Positions 8,847 to 17,491 of a stretch of 32,000 bases of DNA are shown here, piece by piece. Below the pieces are notes generated by a model that worked only from the letters and a program-made list of their open reading frames with translations, ran no database searches and had not been told where the DNA came from. Position 1 is the stretch's first letter; each line of letters opens with the position of its first letter. Source of the stretch: Nonlabens ponticola (GTDB lineage Bacteria > Bacteroidota > Bacteroidia > Flavobacteriales > Flavobacteriaceae); assembly GCF_003966335.1 (NCBI RefSeq), contig NZ_CP034549.1:630001-662000 (forward strand). Direction: 5' to 3'. A program made the translations under genes and the position numbers.

Positions 8847-9586
8847 TATTCTTCCTCTTGTAATTGTGCAACTGGTGCGTGAGACTCGCTTATTCCCATG
8901 AAATACTGCTCTAATTGAGCAAATGTTCCTGCGTCCTTCATCATATCCATCACGACACGACCTTTTTCTAATAACACAACGCGCTGAGCAACCTCAGTCA
9001 CGTGGATCAGATCATGACTTGAGATAAAGACCGTTGTCTCACTATCTTCTGCTAGTTCCTTGATGATCTTCTTCAGTCTTATTTGTGTGGATGGATCCAG
9101 ATTAGCAAACGGCTCGTCGAGTATCACCACTTTAGGGCTACCTATAAGTGCGGCAATAATACCTACTTTTTTCTGGTTACCTTTTGATAGGTCACGCAGG
9201 TATTTTTTCTGACCTATGGCTTCACCGTTGAAAAACTCAAGGTGCTTTTCCATAAGGGCATCAATATCTGCTTTGTTTTGACCGCGCAGCTCGCCTATAA
9301 AGTAGAAATATTCTTCGGGCGTGAGATATCCTATGAGAAAACTCTCATCGACAAAAGCGCTGGTAAACGGTTTCCAGTCCTCACTTTCATCAACGCGCAC
9401 CTGGTTTGTAGTGATGTAACCGGTAGTAGGTTGTATCAAGTCTAGTAGCAATGAAAACAGCGTGGTTTTGCCAGCACCGTTATTTCCTACCAGACCTACC
9501 GCTTGTCCAGCTGGGATCTCTAGATGATCTATGTCCAACACTTTAGTGTCTGCGTATTGTTTTGAGAGGTTTGTTATTTCAATCAT
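8846..9586 (-). CDS. ABC transporter ATP-binding protein
   Basis: Walker A GNNGAGKTT, signature LSKGNQKKV, Walker B VVILDEP, H-loop SSHD. Confidence 0.95.
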   Translation of the reverse strand: MIEITNLSKQYADTKVLDIDHLEIPAGQAVGLVGNNGAGKTTLFSLLLDLIQPTTGYITTNQVRVDESEDWKPFTSAFVDESFLIGYLTPEEYFYFIGELRGQNKADIDALMEKHLEFFNGEAIGQKKYLRDLSKGNQKKVGIIAALIGSPKVVILDEPFANLDPSTQIRLKKIIKELAEDSETTVFISSHDLIHVTEVAQRVVLLEKGRVVMDMMKDAGTFAQLEQYFMGISESHAPVAQLQEEE

Positions 9587-9617
9587 GTCTTTAATATGTA
9601 GTGGTGATGGTATGGTT

Positions 9618-9642
9618 GTTACGCTTTCGCGAAAGCGGAATC
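9618..9642. repeat. palindromic repeat copy 4 (exact core)
   Basis: gttac-GCTTTCGCGAAAGC-ggaatc. Intergenic, between the permease-like gene and the ABC ATPase gene. Confidence 0.9.
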
Positions 9643-9660
9643 ATTAAAATCCAATTGCAA

Positions 9661-11130
9661 TTAATTAGTCTGCGAGTAAGCAGCAATAGTGTCGTATTTC
9701 TCGTTTTTATAAATGTTCTCGATAAGATCAAAAATCTTGTTGCGCAGTAGCAATCCTATGACACCAGTGGCCGCAACGGCAATGTAACCAGCATTATCGC
9801 TTATGGTAAAGGCAAAGGCTGCATAGACCGCAATGGGCACAAATAATTTGAGCATAGCAAGTAGGATGGTCTTGAAATTAAAAGCCTTAGAATCGCCAAA
9901 GGCTTTTTTGGCACTCTGCAAATCGATAGGCGTCTTTACAAACGCACCACCCAACAACACAAAACTACTGTTGAAGCCTATGTTGAAAATCGCAGCAGCA
10001 ATCATAGGCTTGAGCCACTCAATACCCACAAAACCGTAGGCCAGCGACAGGACGCTACAAATACAGGTGACTATCACCATCAAGTACCATTTGCTCAATA
10101 AAAAGGTGCGGTACGGTATATTTTGCGACATCATGAGCTTGTAGTAACTACTATCCCAACTAGGCACCAATCCACCAAAACTGAGCAAGAAACCGCCAGT
10201 CACAAATAGGCCAGCAAAAATTCTCATCGCCGGAATATCAGCATACATGGGCATCATGAAAAAGGCACCGTAAAACAAGAATAGGAATCCCATGATGAAG
10301 GTCATGCGCGCTCGCTTATTGCGTTTGATAAGGCGTATATCATTTTTAATAAAAGTGGACACACTACCAAAGCGGTCAAAAAACGTAAGATCATCAGTAC
10401 TTGCTGCCTTGACTTTTACCTCAAGACCAGCATCTAGATATAACTGTTTGATGAAATAATTGTAGGCAAGGTAGTAGAACAGCGCTGCCACCATTCCTGG
10501 AATAACAAACGACCACGGTTGCTCATAGAAGAATTCAAAAACGTGAACGGTGTATATGGTCACATCAAAAATCCCAAAATATTGCAACAATGCCAGCCCT
10601 ATAACCACAGCAACTACTGGATAGAAAACGCTATCCATTTTATTCATAAACACATTAAGGTAATTTAATGTGTAGGTTATACCAATGATCGCTAGATGCC
10701 AAGAGATAACGCCTATAGGGTCATAACCTTCAACCAACAGCACAATAGAATACGGTATAAAAAAGAACGCATGTAGAATATTGAAAAACGATATACTAGT
10801 TTTACCTAGCGCAAAATTCACGATCTGGCTGCGAGTGATAGGCAGGTACAACAGTGGTCTAATGTTGGCCACAGGCATTTTTTGCATACCATATCTTATG
10901 GCGAGATCAAACACAAAGTAATAAATCAAAAAACGGTTGAGTACGGTAAATGGATCTTGATCCGGCACTAATTTTTTAAGCCCGTAAAAAACACCAACAC
11001 CTAAACCAGTCATGACAAACAGCATGTAGACCGCACCTAGTCCCATAAATATCTTGAACGCGACATTTTGCTTAAAAGCCGCAGCTCTGGTAAAACTCTT
11101 CCACTCTAGACTGATGAACTGTTTGAACAT
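9661..11130 (-). CDS. polytopic membrane protein, probable permease partner of the adjacent ABC ATPase
   Basis: 489 aa with at least 10 hydrophobic segments. Co-directional with the ATPase gene and 74 nt upstream of it. Confidence 0.75.
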   Translation of the reverse strand: MFKQFISLEWKSFTRAAAFKQNVAFKIFMGLGAVYMLFVMTGLGVGVFYGLKKLVPDQDPFTVLNRFLIYYFVFDLAIRYGMQKMPVANIRPLLYLPITRSQIVNFALGKTSISFFNILHAFFFIPYSIVLLVEGYDPIGVISWHLAIIGITYTLNYLNVFMNKMDSVFYPVVAVVIGLALLQYFGIFDVTIYTVHVFEFFYEQPWSFVIPGMVAALFYYLAYNYFIKQLYLDAGLEVKVKAASTDDLTFFDRFGSVSTFIKNDIRLIKRNKRARMTFIMGFLFLFYGAFFMMPMYADIPAMRIFAGLFVTGGFLLSFGGLVPSWDSSYYKLMMSQNIPYRTFLLSKWYLMVIVTCICSVLSLAYGFVGIEWLKPMIAAAIFNIGFNSSFVLLGGAFVKTPIDLQSAKKAFGDSKAFNFKTILLAMLKLFVPIAVYAAFAFTISDNAGYIAVAATGVIGLLLRNKIFDLIENIYKNEKYDTIAAYSQTN

Positions 11131-11198
11131 AAAATAAAATGTTAATTACCCTATATGTGAAGATAAATGTAAAAACGTTACAACCATTTTACGTTTGT

Positions 11199-11206
11199 TA
11201 TTTTTG
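11199..11206 (+). promoter_or_regulatory. candidate -7 box (TAttTTTG) upstream of the ferredoxin reductase gene
   Basis: tatttttg lies 20 nt upstream of the ATG at 11226. Confidence 0.45.
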
Positions 11207-11225
11207 CTAGCCTAAAAAATACCAC

Positions 11226-12272
11226 ATGGTTTTCCACCAACTGTCCATAAAAGAAGTCACAAAAGTCACTTCACAAGCCGTTGAGATCGTCTTTGACGTG
11301 CCGCAGGATTTGAAAAGCGATTTTGAATATACCGCAGGCCAGTACTTGACCTTGAGAGCAGATATTGATGGCAATGACGTGAGACGTGCCTACTCATTGA
11401 GCAGCGCACCACATGAAGATCACTTGAGTGTTGTGGTAAAGGCTGTGCAGCATGGTACATTCTCAAACTATGCCATGAAACTGCGCGCTGGCGACACCCT
11501 TCAAGTCGCGCCACCAGATGGATTGTTTATTCACGAGAGCGATGCCAGTGCCGTCAATCACTATTTGAATGTTGCAGCAGGTAGCGGTATCACACCTATA
11601 ATGTCCATCATCAAGAGTATTCTTCATACTGAAAAAGACAGCCGAGTGGTATTAATTTATGGGAATCAGTCTCAATCGCAGACCATATATTTTGAGCAAT
11701 TGAACGATTTGCAAGACGCCCATCCAGATCGTTTCAAAGTGCGGTACAGTTTCTCTAGAGAAGAGCGTCAGGATGAGTTGTTCGGTCGTGTGAACAAGGC
11801 AAACCTCAATTATTTTTTGAAGAATGATTGTGAGGATTACGCTTTCGCGAAAGCTTACCTATGCGGTCCAGAAGCCATGATCAATATGGCAACAAACAAC
11901 CTTACCGAGAAAGAGGTCGTCGCCAAAGAAAACATCAAATTTGAACTCTTCACCGCTACAGAAAGTGAGGTAGAAATCACCGAAGATTCTCACTTGACGG
12001 AGGTAAAAGTCATCCTAGACGATGAAGAACACCAACTTACCATGCGTCGTGATGAGACCTTGCTTGAAGTGATGCTCAAAAACGATATCGATGCACCTTA
12101 TTCCTGCCAAGGAGGAATTTGTAGTAGCTGCGTAGGCTTGCTAGAGGAAGGAAAAGCCACCATGCGCAAAAATTCTATTCTCACTGACGAGGAAGTAGAT
12201 GAAGGCCTAACACTCACCTGCCAGGCTTGCCCAACTACCGCCAAGATTGTGGTTAATTTTGATGAGGTTTAA
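11226..12272 (+). CDS. ferredoxin-NAD(P) reductase fused to a plant-type 2Fe-2S ferredoxin domain (PaaE/PaaK-like oxidoreductase)
   Basis: FAD motif RAYSLSS, NAD(P) motif AAGSGITP, the CGP motif, and a C-terminal CQGGICSSC...C cluster. Contains palindrome copy 5, in frame. Confidence 0.9.
   Translation: MVFHQLSIKEVTKVTSQAVEIVFDVPQDLKSDFEYTAGQYLTLRADIDGNDVRRAYSLSSAPHEDHLSVVVKAVQHGTFSNYAMKLRAGDTLQVAPPDGLFIHESDASAVNHYLNVAAGSGITPIMSIIKSILHTEKDSRVVLIYGNQSQSQTIYFEQLNDLQDAHPDRFKVRYSFSREERQDELFGRVNKANLNYFLKNDCEDYAFAKAYLCGPEAMINMATNNLTEKEVVAKENIKFELFTATESEVEITEDSHLTEVKVILDDEEHQLTMRRDETLLEVMLKNDIDAPYSCQGGICSSCVGLLEEGKATMRKNSILTDEEVDEGLTLTCQACPTTAKIVVNFDEV
11834..11859. repeat. palindromic repeat copy 5 (GGATTAC + exact core), inside the ferredoxin reductase CDS
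   Basis: ggattac-GCTTTCGCGAAAGC-ttacc, which encodes (E)DYAFAKAYL immediately before the CGP motif. Confidence 0.9.
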
Positions 12273-12459
12273 GCCTGGGCCAGTAGAGCTGACAAATTTC
12301 AATTTTTAGCAATGCCTGTTCGAGCGAAGTCGAGAACTACCAGCAGAGCTGAGCAGCTTAATGTAGTATTGCATTGAGCTAATTACCGAACATTTGTTGT
12401 CCATTTCCATTCGCTCAACCATTCAAAAATCCTTACTTTCATAGAAAAATAAGGATACA

Positions 12460-13170
12460 ATGATCAATAGAACTGTAAGTGATGCTGCACAAGCGCTGGA
12501 AGGCGTGAAAAGCGGCATGACTTTAATGTTAGGAGGTTTCGGACTTTCTGGAATCCCAGAAAACAGCATCTCACAACTCGTGAAATTAGGTGTTAAAGAC
12601 CTTACCTGTATATCAAACAATGCTGGTGTTGATGATTTTGGTTTGGGATTACTGCTGCAAGGCAAGCAAATCAAAAAAATGATCTCGTCATACGTGGGTG
12701 AGAACGATGAGTTTGAAAGACAGATGTTGAGCGGCGAGCTTGAGGTCGATCTTATACCCCAAGGAACTCTAGCCGAGCGTTGCCGTGCAGCTCAAGCAGG
12801 AATCCCAGCTTTTTACACGCCAGCTGGCTATGGTACTGAAGTTGCCGAAGGCAAAGAGGAGCGCGTTTTCAATGGAAAACCGCATATCCTTGAACATGCT
12901 TTTAAAGCAGATTTTGCCATGGTTAAAGCATGGAAAGGCGACACCGCTGGAAATCTAATATTCAAAGGAACCGCCAGAAATTTTAATCCAGTCATGTGTG
13001 GTGCAGCAGCTATCACCGTCGCAGAGGTTGAAGAACTTGTCCCATCAGGTGAGTTGGATCCTAACCAGATTCATATTCCAGGAATATTTGTCAAGCGCAT
13101 ATTCCAGGGCGTGAATTATGAGAAGAGAATAGAGCAGAGAACCGTTAGAACTAGAGAAGATGTTAGATAA
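12460..13170 (+). CDS. scoA: 3-oxoacid CoA-transferase subunit A
   Basis: 236 aa, typical subunit A sequence ([54 protein letters not shown]). Confidence 0.92.
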   Translation: MINRTVSDAAQALEGVKSGMTLMLGGFGLSGIPENSISQLVKLGVKDLTCISNNAGVDDFGLGLLLQGKQIKKMISSYVGENDEFERQMLSGELEVDLIPQGTLAERCRAAQAGIPAFYTPAGYGTEVAEGKEERVFNGKPHILEHAFKADFAMVKAWKGDTAGNLIFKGTARNFNPVMCGAAAITVAEVEELVPSGELDPNQIHIPGIFVKRIFQGVNYEKRIEQRTVRTREDVR

Positions 13171-13813
13171 AGTAGGAATCGCCAAAAGAATCGCACAAGA
13201 AGTAAAGGATGGTTACTACGTCAATCTAGGTATTGGCATACCTACACTTGTGGCCAATTATGTTCCAGATGGACTAGAAGTAGAATTTCAGTCAGAGAAT
13301 GGTGTGCTGGGCATGGGTCCGTTTCCATTTGAAGGCGATGAAGATCCAGATGTGATAAATGCAGGTAAGCAAACCATTACCACCTTGCCAGGAGCTAGTT
13401 TCTTTAATAGTGCCACGAGCTTTGGTATGATAAGAGGTCAGCATGTTGATTTAACGATTCTAGGAGCTATGGAAGTTGCCGAGAATGGCGATATCGCCAA
13501 CTGGAAAATACCAGGCAAAATGGTCAAGGGAATGGGCGGCGCCATGGATCTCGTTGCCAGTGCCGAAAATATTATCGTGGCCATGATGCATACCAATCGT
13601 GCAGGCGTCTCAAAATTGTTGAAAGAATGCACATTGCCATTGACAGGCGTGAATTGTATTACCAAAGTCGTAACCAATCTTTCGGTTCTAGAAATTACAG
13701 ACCAAGGTTTCAAATTATTAGAGCGAGCACCTGGCGTGAGTGTTGATGATATCAAAGCAGCTACTGATGGCACCTTGATTGTAGAAGGCGATATTCCAGA
13801 AATGGTCATTTAA
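13160..13813 (+). CDS. scoB: 3-oxoacid CoA-transferase subunit B
   Basis: 217 aa with the active-site SENG motif ([11 protein letters not shown]). Overlaps scoA by 11 nt. Confidence 0.92.
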   Translation: MLDKVGIAKRIAQEVKDGYYVNLGIGIPTLVANYVPDGLEVEFQSENGVLGMGPFPFEGDEDPDVINAGKQTITTLPGASFFNSATSFGMIRGQHVDLTILGAMEVAENGDIANWKIPGKMVKGMGGAMDLVASAENIIVAMMHTNRAGVSKLLKECTLPLTGVNCITKVVTNLSVLEITDQGFKLLERAPGVSVDDIKAATDGTLIVEGDIPEMVI

Positions 13814-13828
13814 ACATACAGGATTCTC

Positions 13829-14461
13829 GTGCGACCTATCATCGACCCTAATTTTGCAGTAGACACCTATTTCCCGATTGACTTATCTGTGCACAATCCC
13901 TATTGGGATCAGCATGATGTGAGTGATATCGAGACTTTTGAACATTATCTTGAAGAAAAGCGCAAGTATCACGACAAGTTTGTAGCGCATGGTGGCTTTA
14001 AGGAGCAAAGAGCATTATATCGCAAGTCTGCCAGATTTCAGGATGGTGCGGTGCGTGATATTCACATGGGTATTGATCTGTGGGCGCCAGCTGGCACCAG
14101 TGTGCATGCGCTCATGGATGGTATGATAAATTCTTTCGCAAATAATGACGATGCTGGGAACTATGGACCTACCTTGATTTTGGAACACGATTTTCAAGGA
14201 AAGAAGTTATACAGTCTTTACGGTCATCTTGCCGTTAGTGATATGCAGGACTGGTCTGTAGGATTACGCTTTCGCGAAAGCGAGATCATAGCACACCTAG
14301 GTACACCTCAAGAAAACGGTGGTTATTCACCGCACCTACACTTTCAAGTTATGACAGACATGCTGGATTATCGCGGCGATTTTCCAGGAGTTTTAGCTAA
14401 AGAGCAATTGGCTGAATTTGATAAAATCATTCTCGATCCCAATCCGTTTATATTTGGATGA
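13829..14461 (+). CDS. M23-family metallopeptidase (no obvious signal peptide)
   Basis: HxxxD-type GIDLWAPAGTSVHAL, YGHL, and SPHLHFQV motifs. GTG start. Contains palindrome copy 6, in frame. Confidence 0.85.
   Translation: MRPIIDPNFAVDTYFPIDLSVHNPYWDQHDVSDIETFEHYLEEKRKYHDKFVAHGGFKEQRALYRKSARFQDGAVRDIHMGIDLWAPAGTSVHALMDGMINSFANNDDAGNYGPTLILEHDFQGKKLYSLYGHLAVSDMQDWSVGLRFRESEIIAHLGTPQENGGYSPHLHFQVMTDMLDYRGDFPGVLAKEQLAEFDKIILDPNPFIFG
14261..14287. repeat. palindromic repeat copy 6 (GGATTAC + exact core), inside the M23 peptidase CDS
   Basis: ggattac-GCTTTCGCGAAAGC-gagatc, which encodes GLRFRESEI. Confidence 0.9.
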
Positions 14462-15555
14462 TGGATCAGCAAGAATTACTCTCCTTATTGGCACTTAAAA
14501 AAGCTCCATTGATAGGTGATATCATGGCTAAGAAGTTGATCAGAACCTTTGGAAGTGCGACCAGCGTCTTTGAGCAAAAGTATCAAGACATTGCCGCAAT
14601 AGAAGGCATAGGCGAGAAGAAGGCACAATTCATCAAATCCAAAACGCTATTCCCAAAAGCAGAAAAAGAGCTGCAATTTATAGAGGAAAATAAACTTAGA
14701 TACAGGGTTTATTACAATGAGGATTATCCAGAGCGATTGCAGTATTGTGTCGATGGACCAATCATCTTTTTTGAGAAAGGAAATGTAGATTGGAGTAATC
14801 CATACACGCTTAGTATTGTTGGAACTCGACAAATCACCTCGCAAGGCAGTGCTTTTCTAGAGCAATTTATGGAGCAAATTGCGCCGCTCAAACCTACTAT
14901 CATCAGCGGTTATGCCTATGGAGTTGATATTCTTGCGCACAAGCTTGCCATCAAATATGATTTACAAACGGTAGCCGTGATGGCTCATGGACTCAATCAA
15001 ACCTATCCTCGCAATCACGCTGCACATAATAAGGACATGATGGCAAATGGCGGTTTTGTTACAGATTTTTGGAATGATGACACATTTGACCGAAAGAATT
15101 TTCTGGGTCGTAACCGCATCATCGCAGGATTGAGTGAAGCAACGGTAGTAATTGAAAGCGCCAGTAAAGGTGGCTCGCTGGTCACTGCAGAAATTGCCAA
15201 CAGTTACAACCGCGAGGTGTTTGCCGTGCCTGGCCGCGTGACTGATAAATACAGTTCTGGATGCAATCAATTGATCAAACAGTCCAAGGCTCACATGCTC
15301 ACCACCGCAGCAGATATTCCCTACATTCTAGGCTGGCAGGAACGCAACGTGGCTGTGCAAAAACAACTTTTTGTAGAGCTTAGCGATGATGAGAAAAAAG
15401 TATTTAATCACCTCAAACAAAATGGTCAGGAACTTTTAGACATAATAGCTTTGAAAGAACAGATGGCCGTTCACAAAGTAGCTTCTATTCTCATGACCAT
15501 GGAGTTGAAAGGAGTCGTGAGACCGCTACCTGGCAAGTTGTTTGAATTGGTCTAG
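14458..15555 (+). CDS. dprA: DNA-processing protein A (Smf)
   Basis: 365 aa with a Rossmann-like DprA core (IVGTRQITSQG, GYAYGVDILAHK, ESASKGGSLVTAE). ATGA overlap with the upstream M23 gene. Confidence 0.92.
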   Translation: MMDQQELLSLLALKKAPLIGDIMAKKLIRTFGSATSVFEQKYQDIAAIEGIGEKKAQFIKSKTLFPKAEKELQFIEENKLRYRVYYNEDYPERLQYCVDGPIIFFEKGNVDWSNPYTLSIVGTRQITSQGSAFLEQFMEQIAPLKPTIISGYAYGVDILAHKLAIKYDLQTVAVMAHGLNQTYPRNHAAHNKDMMANGGFVTDFWNDDTFDRKNFLGRNRIIAGLSEATVVIESASKGGSLVTAEIANSYNREVFAVPGRVTDKYSSGCNQLIKQSKAHMLTTAADIPYILGWQERNVAVQKQLFVELSDDEKKVFNHLKQNGQELLDIIALKEQMAVHKVASILMTMELKGVVRPLPGKLFELV

Positions 15556-16520
15556 TAACCTATCTTCTCACGTACTTTTTGCAATACGCCATTTGCAACA
15601 TTCTGAGCTTTTGCTGCGCCATCGCTCAAGGCTTGATCGATTTCGTTTTTGTTTGCCATGAAATGATCAAACTTCTCACGTTCTGTGGCAAATTTTTCTA
15701 GTATTAATTCCAGCAACTCCTTTTTTGCATGACCATAACCGTAGTTACCGCCAGCGTAATTATTGCGCATGGTTTTTACCTGATCTGCATTTGCTAACAA
15801 TTCATAAATAGCAAAGACGTTACAAGTATCCGGATCTTTAGGCTCCTCAAGTGGTGTGCTATCGGTCTCAATAGACATCACTTGTTTTTTGAGTTGGTTT
15901 TTAGGTAGAAAAATGTTGATGAGGTTGCCACGCGACTTACTCATCTTTTGACCATCAGTTCCAGGAACATACATGGTTTCTTCTTGAATTTTGGCCTGTG
16001 GCTCAATTAAGGTATCACCCATTTGATTGTTGAATCTACCAGCGACATCACGCGCCATTTCCAGGTGCTGCAGTTGATCTTTACCTACGGGCACCACTTC
16101 TGCATCATAGAGTAGGATGTCAGCAGCCATAAGCATGGGATAGGTAAATAATCCAGCGTTCACATCTGATAATCTATCTGCTTTGTCCTTAAAACTGTGG
16201 GCAAGTGTCAATCGTTGATATGGAAAAAAGCAGTTGAGGTACCAATTGAGTTCGGTTACTTGTGGCACGTCGCTTTGTCTGTAAAATGTGGTTCGACTGG
16301 TATCCAAACCGCAAGCTAACCACACAGCAGCAGTGGCATAAGTATTCTCACGCATGGTTTCACTATCCTTGATTTGAGTCAAAGAGTGAAAGTTTGCTAT
16401 AAAAAGAAAGGAGTCTGTTCCCTCTTTCTTCGACATCTCAATAGCAGGTAGAATGGCGCCTAATAAGTTGCCCAAATGCGGTGTGCCTGTAGATTGAATG
16501 CCTGTAAGTACTCTTGCCAT
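15552..16520 (-). CDS. trpS: tryptophan--tRNA ligase
   Basis: HIGH-type TGTPHLGNLLG and KMSKS motifs; 322 aa. Confidence 0.96.
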   Translation of the reverse strand: MARVLTGIQSTGTPHLGNLLGAILPAIEMSKKEGTDSFLFIANFHSLTQIKDSETMRENTYATAAVWLACGLDTSRTTFYRQSDVPQVTELNWYLNCFFPYQRLTLAHSFKDKADRLSDVNAGLFTYPMLMAADILLYDAEVVPVGKDQLQHLEMARDVAGRFNNQMGDTLIEPQAKIQEETMYVPGTDGQKMSKSRGNLINIFLPKNQLKKQVMSIETDSTPLEEPKDPDTCNVFAIYELLANADQVKTMRNNYAGGNYGYGHAKKELLELILEKFATEREKFDHFMANKNEIDQALSDGAAKAQNVANGVLQKVREKIGY

Positions 16521-16538
16521 GATTAATTGGTATTATGA

Positions 16539-16546
16539 CAAAGGTA
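16539..16546 (-). promoter_or_regulatory. candidate -7 box (TAccTTTG) upstream of trpS
   Basis: The reverse complement of caaaggta lies 19 nt upstream of the trpS ATG. A TTG (plus-strand caa at 16567..16569) sits about 20 nt further upstream. Confidence 0.5.
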
Positions 16547-16605
16547 AAGCGTTCCTAGTCGTTGCCCAAGATCGCGAGCTTACTTGCGAGACTATTTAAT
16601 TCGTC

Positions 16606-16613
16606 TATTTTTG
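16606..16613 (+). promoter_or_regulatory. candidate -7 box (TAttTTTG) just upstream of the plsC ATG at 16620
   Basis: tatttttg ends 6 nt before the ATG, which would imply a leaderless or near-leaderless mRNA. The call is weak. Confidence 0.3.
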
Positions 16614-16619
16614 GCAGCT

Positions 16620-17360
16620 ATGAAATGGTTGCGATACGTCTTGATGCCTCTGTACAGGATATGGTTTTATATATTGCTTGCGGTTCCTATTATCGTGATG
16701 TTTCCGTTTTTATTATTGTCGGTCATTTCAGAAAAGACTTATTCTGCATTCTTTTTTATGGCGCGCATCTGGGCTGCAATCATATTGTACGGCATGGGAT
16801 TCTGGCCAGTTATAAAACGAGAGGCTGGAATGGAAAAAGGTAAGAGCTATATGCTAGTTGCCAATCACACCAGTATGGCAGATATTATGTTGATGTTACT
16901 CATTGCCAAAAATCCATTTGTGTTTGTAGGTAAATCTGAGCTGGCTAAAATTCCCGTATTCGGTTTTTTCTACAAGAGAACCTGTATATTGGTGGATCGC
17001 AAAAATCCGCGCAGTCGCCAGGCTGTCTTTGAACGTGCGAGCGAGAGACTTAACGACGGCGTAGGCATCTGCATTTTTCCTGAAGGTGGTGTTCCTGATG
17101 ATTTGAGCGTGCAGCTGGATAGTTTTAAGGACGGCGCTTTTAGGCTGGCCATTGAGCATCAAATACCGGTAGTGCCCATGAGTTTTTATGATAACAAGAA
17201 ACGATTTCCATACGTATTCTTCAAAGGCTCACCTGGAATCATGCGTGCAAGGACGTTACCTATTCAGGAAACTCGTGGCTTGCAATTGCCTGGTGATAAA
17301 GTTAGCTTTCGCGAAAGCGTAAGAACCATCATGCTCAACGATTTGCAAAAACATCAGTAA
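16620..17360 (+). CDS. plsC: 1-acyl-sn-glycerol-3-phosphate acyltransferase
   Basis: Acyltransferase motifs NHTSMADI (HX4D) and FPEGG. The ORF track starts at a TTG at 16584; I prefer the ATG at 16620 (MKWLRYV...), but the start is uncertain. Contains palindrome copy 7, in frame. Confidence 0.85.
   Translation: MKWLRYVLMPLYRIWFYILLAVPIIVMFPFLLLSVISEKTYSAFFFMARIWAAIILYGMGFWPVIKREAGMEKGKSYMLVANHTSMADIMLMLLIAKNPFVFVGKSELAKIPVFGFFYKRTCILVDRKNPRSRQAVFERASERLNDGVGICIFPEGGVPDDLSVQLDSFKDGAFRLAIEHQIPVVPMSFYDNKKRFPYVFFKGSPGIMRARTLPIQETRGLQLPGDKVSFRESVRTIMLNDLQKHQ
17301..17322. repeat. palindromic repeat copy 7 (exact core + GTAA), inside the plsC CDS
   Basis: gtta-GCTTTCGCGAAAGC-gtaa, which encodes VSFRESV(R). 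Confidence 0.9.
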
Positions 17361-17365
17361 AATCA

Positions 17366-17396
17366 AAAACCGCCTTACACGAGGTAAAGCGGTTTT
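17366..17396. terminator. bidirectional rho-independent terminator between convergent plsC and the anti-sigma gene
   Basis: AAAACCGCCTTAC-acgag-GTAAAGCGGTTTT: a 13-position stem with one mismatch, flanked by A4 and T4 runs. Confidence 0.7.
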
Positions 17397-17491
17397 CTAG
17401 ATCATTGCAAACATTGAGTTTAATTTGTTAACCAACCCAATTTCCTTTTCATATTCCCAGAGAAATCTGCAACGATCGTTATTTTCTCTGG

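Noticed and set aside
12318-12337. GTTCGAG... segment as a possible tRNA T-arm or tRNA fragment
   Set aside because: There is no cloverleaf, no acceptor stem or anticodon arm around it, and no GTTCGAATC-type T-loop. I saw no tRNA or rRNA genes anywhere in the window.
16562-16843. 93-aa plus-strand ORF overlapping the 5-prime end of plsC in another frame
   Set aside because: The alternative frame (16584/16620..17360) carries the HX4D and FPEGG acyltransferase motifs. This ORF has no recognisable features.
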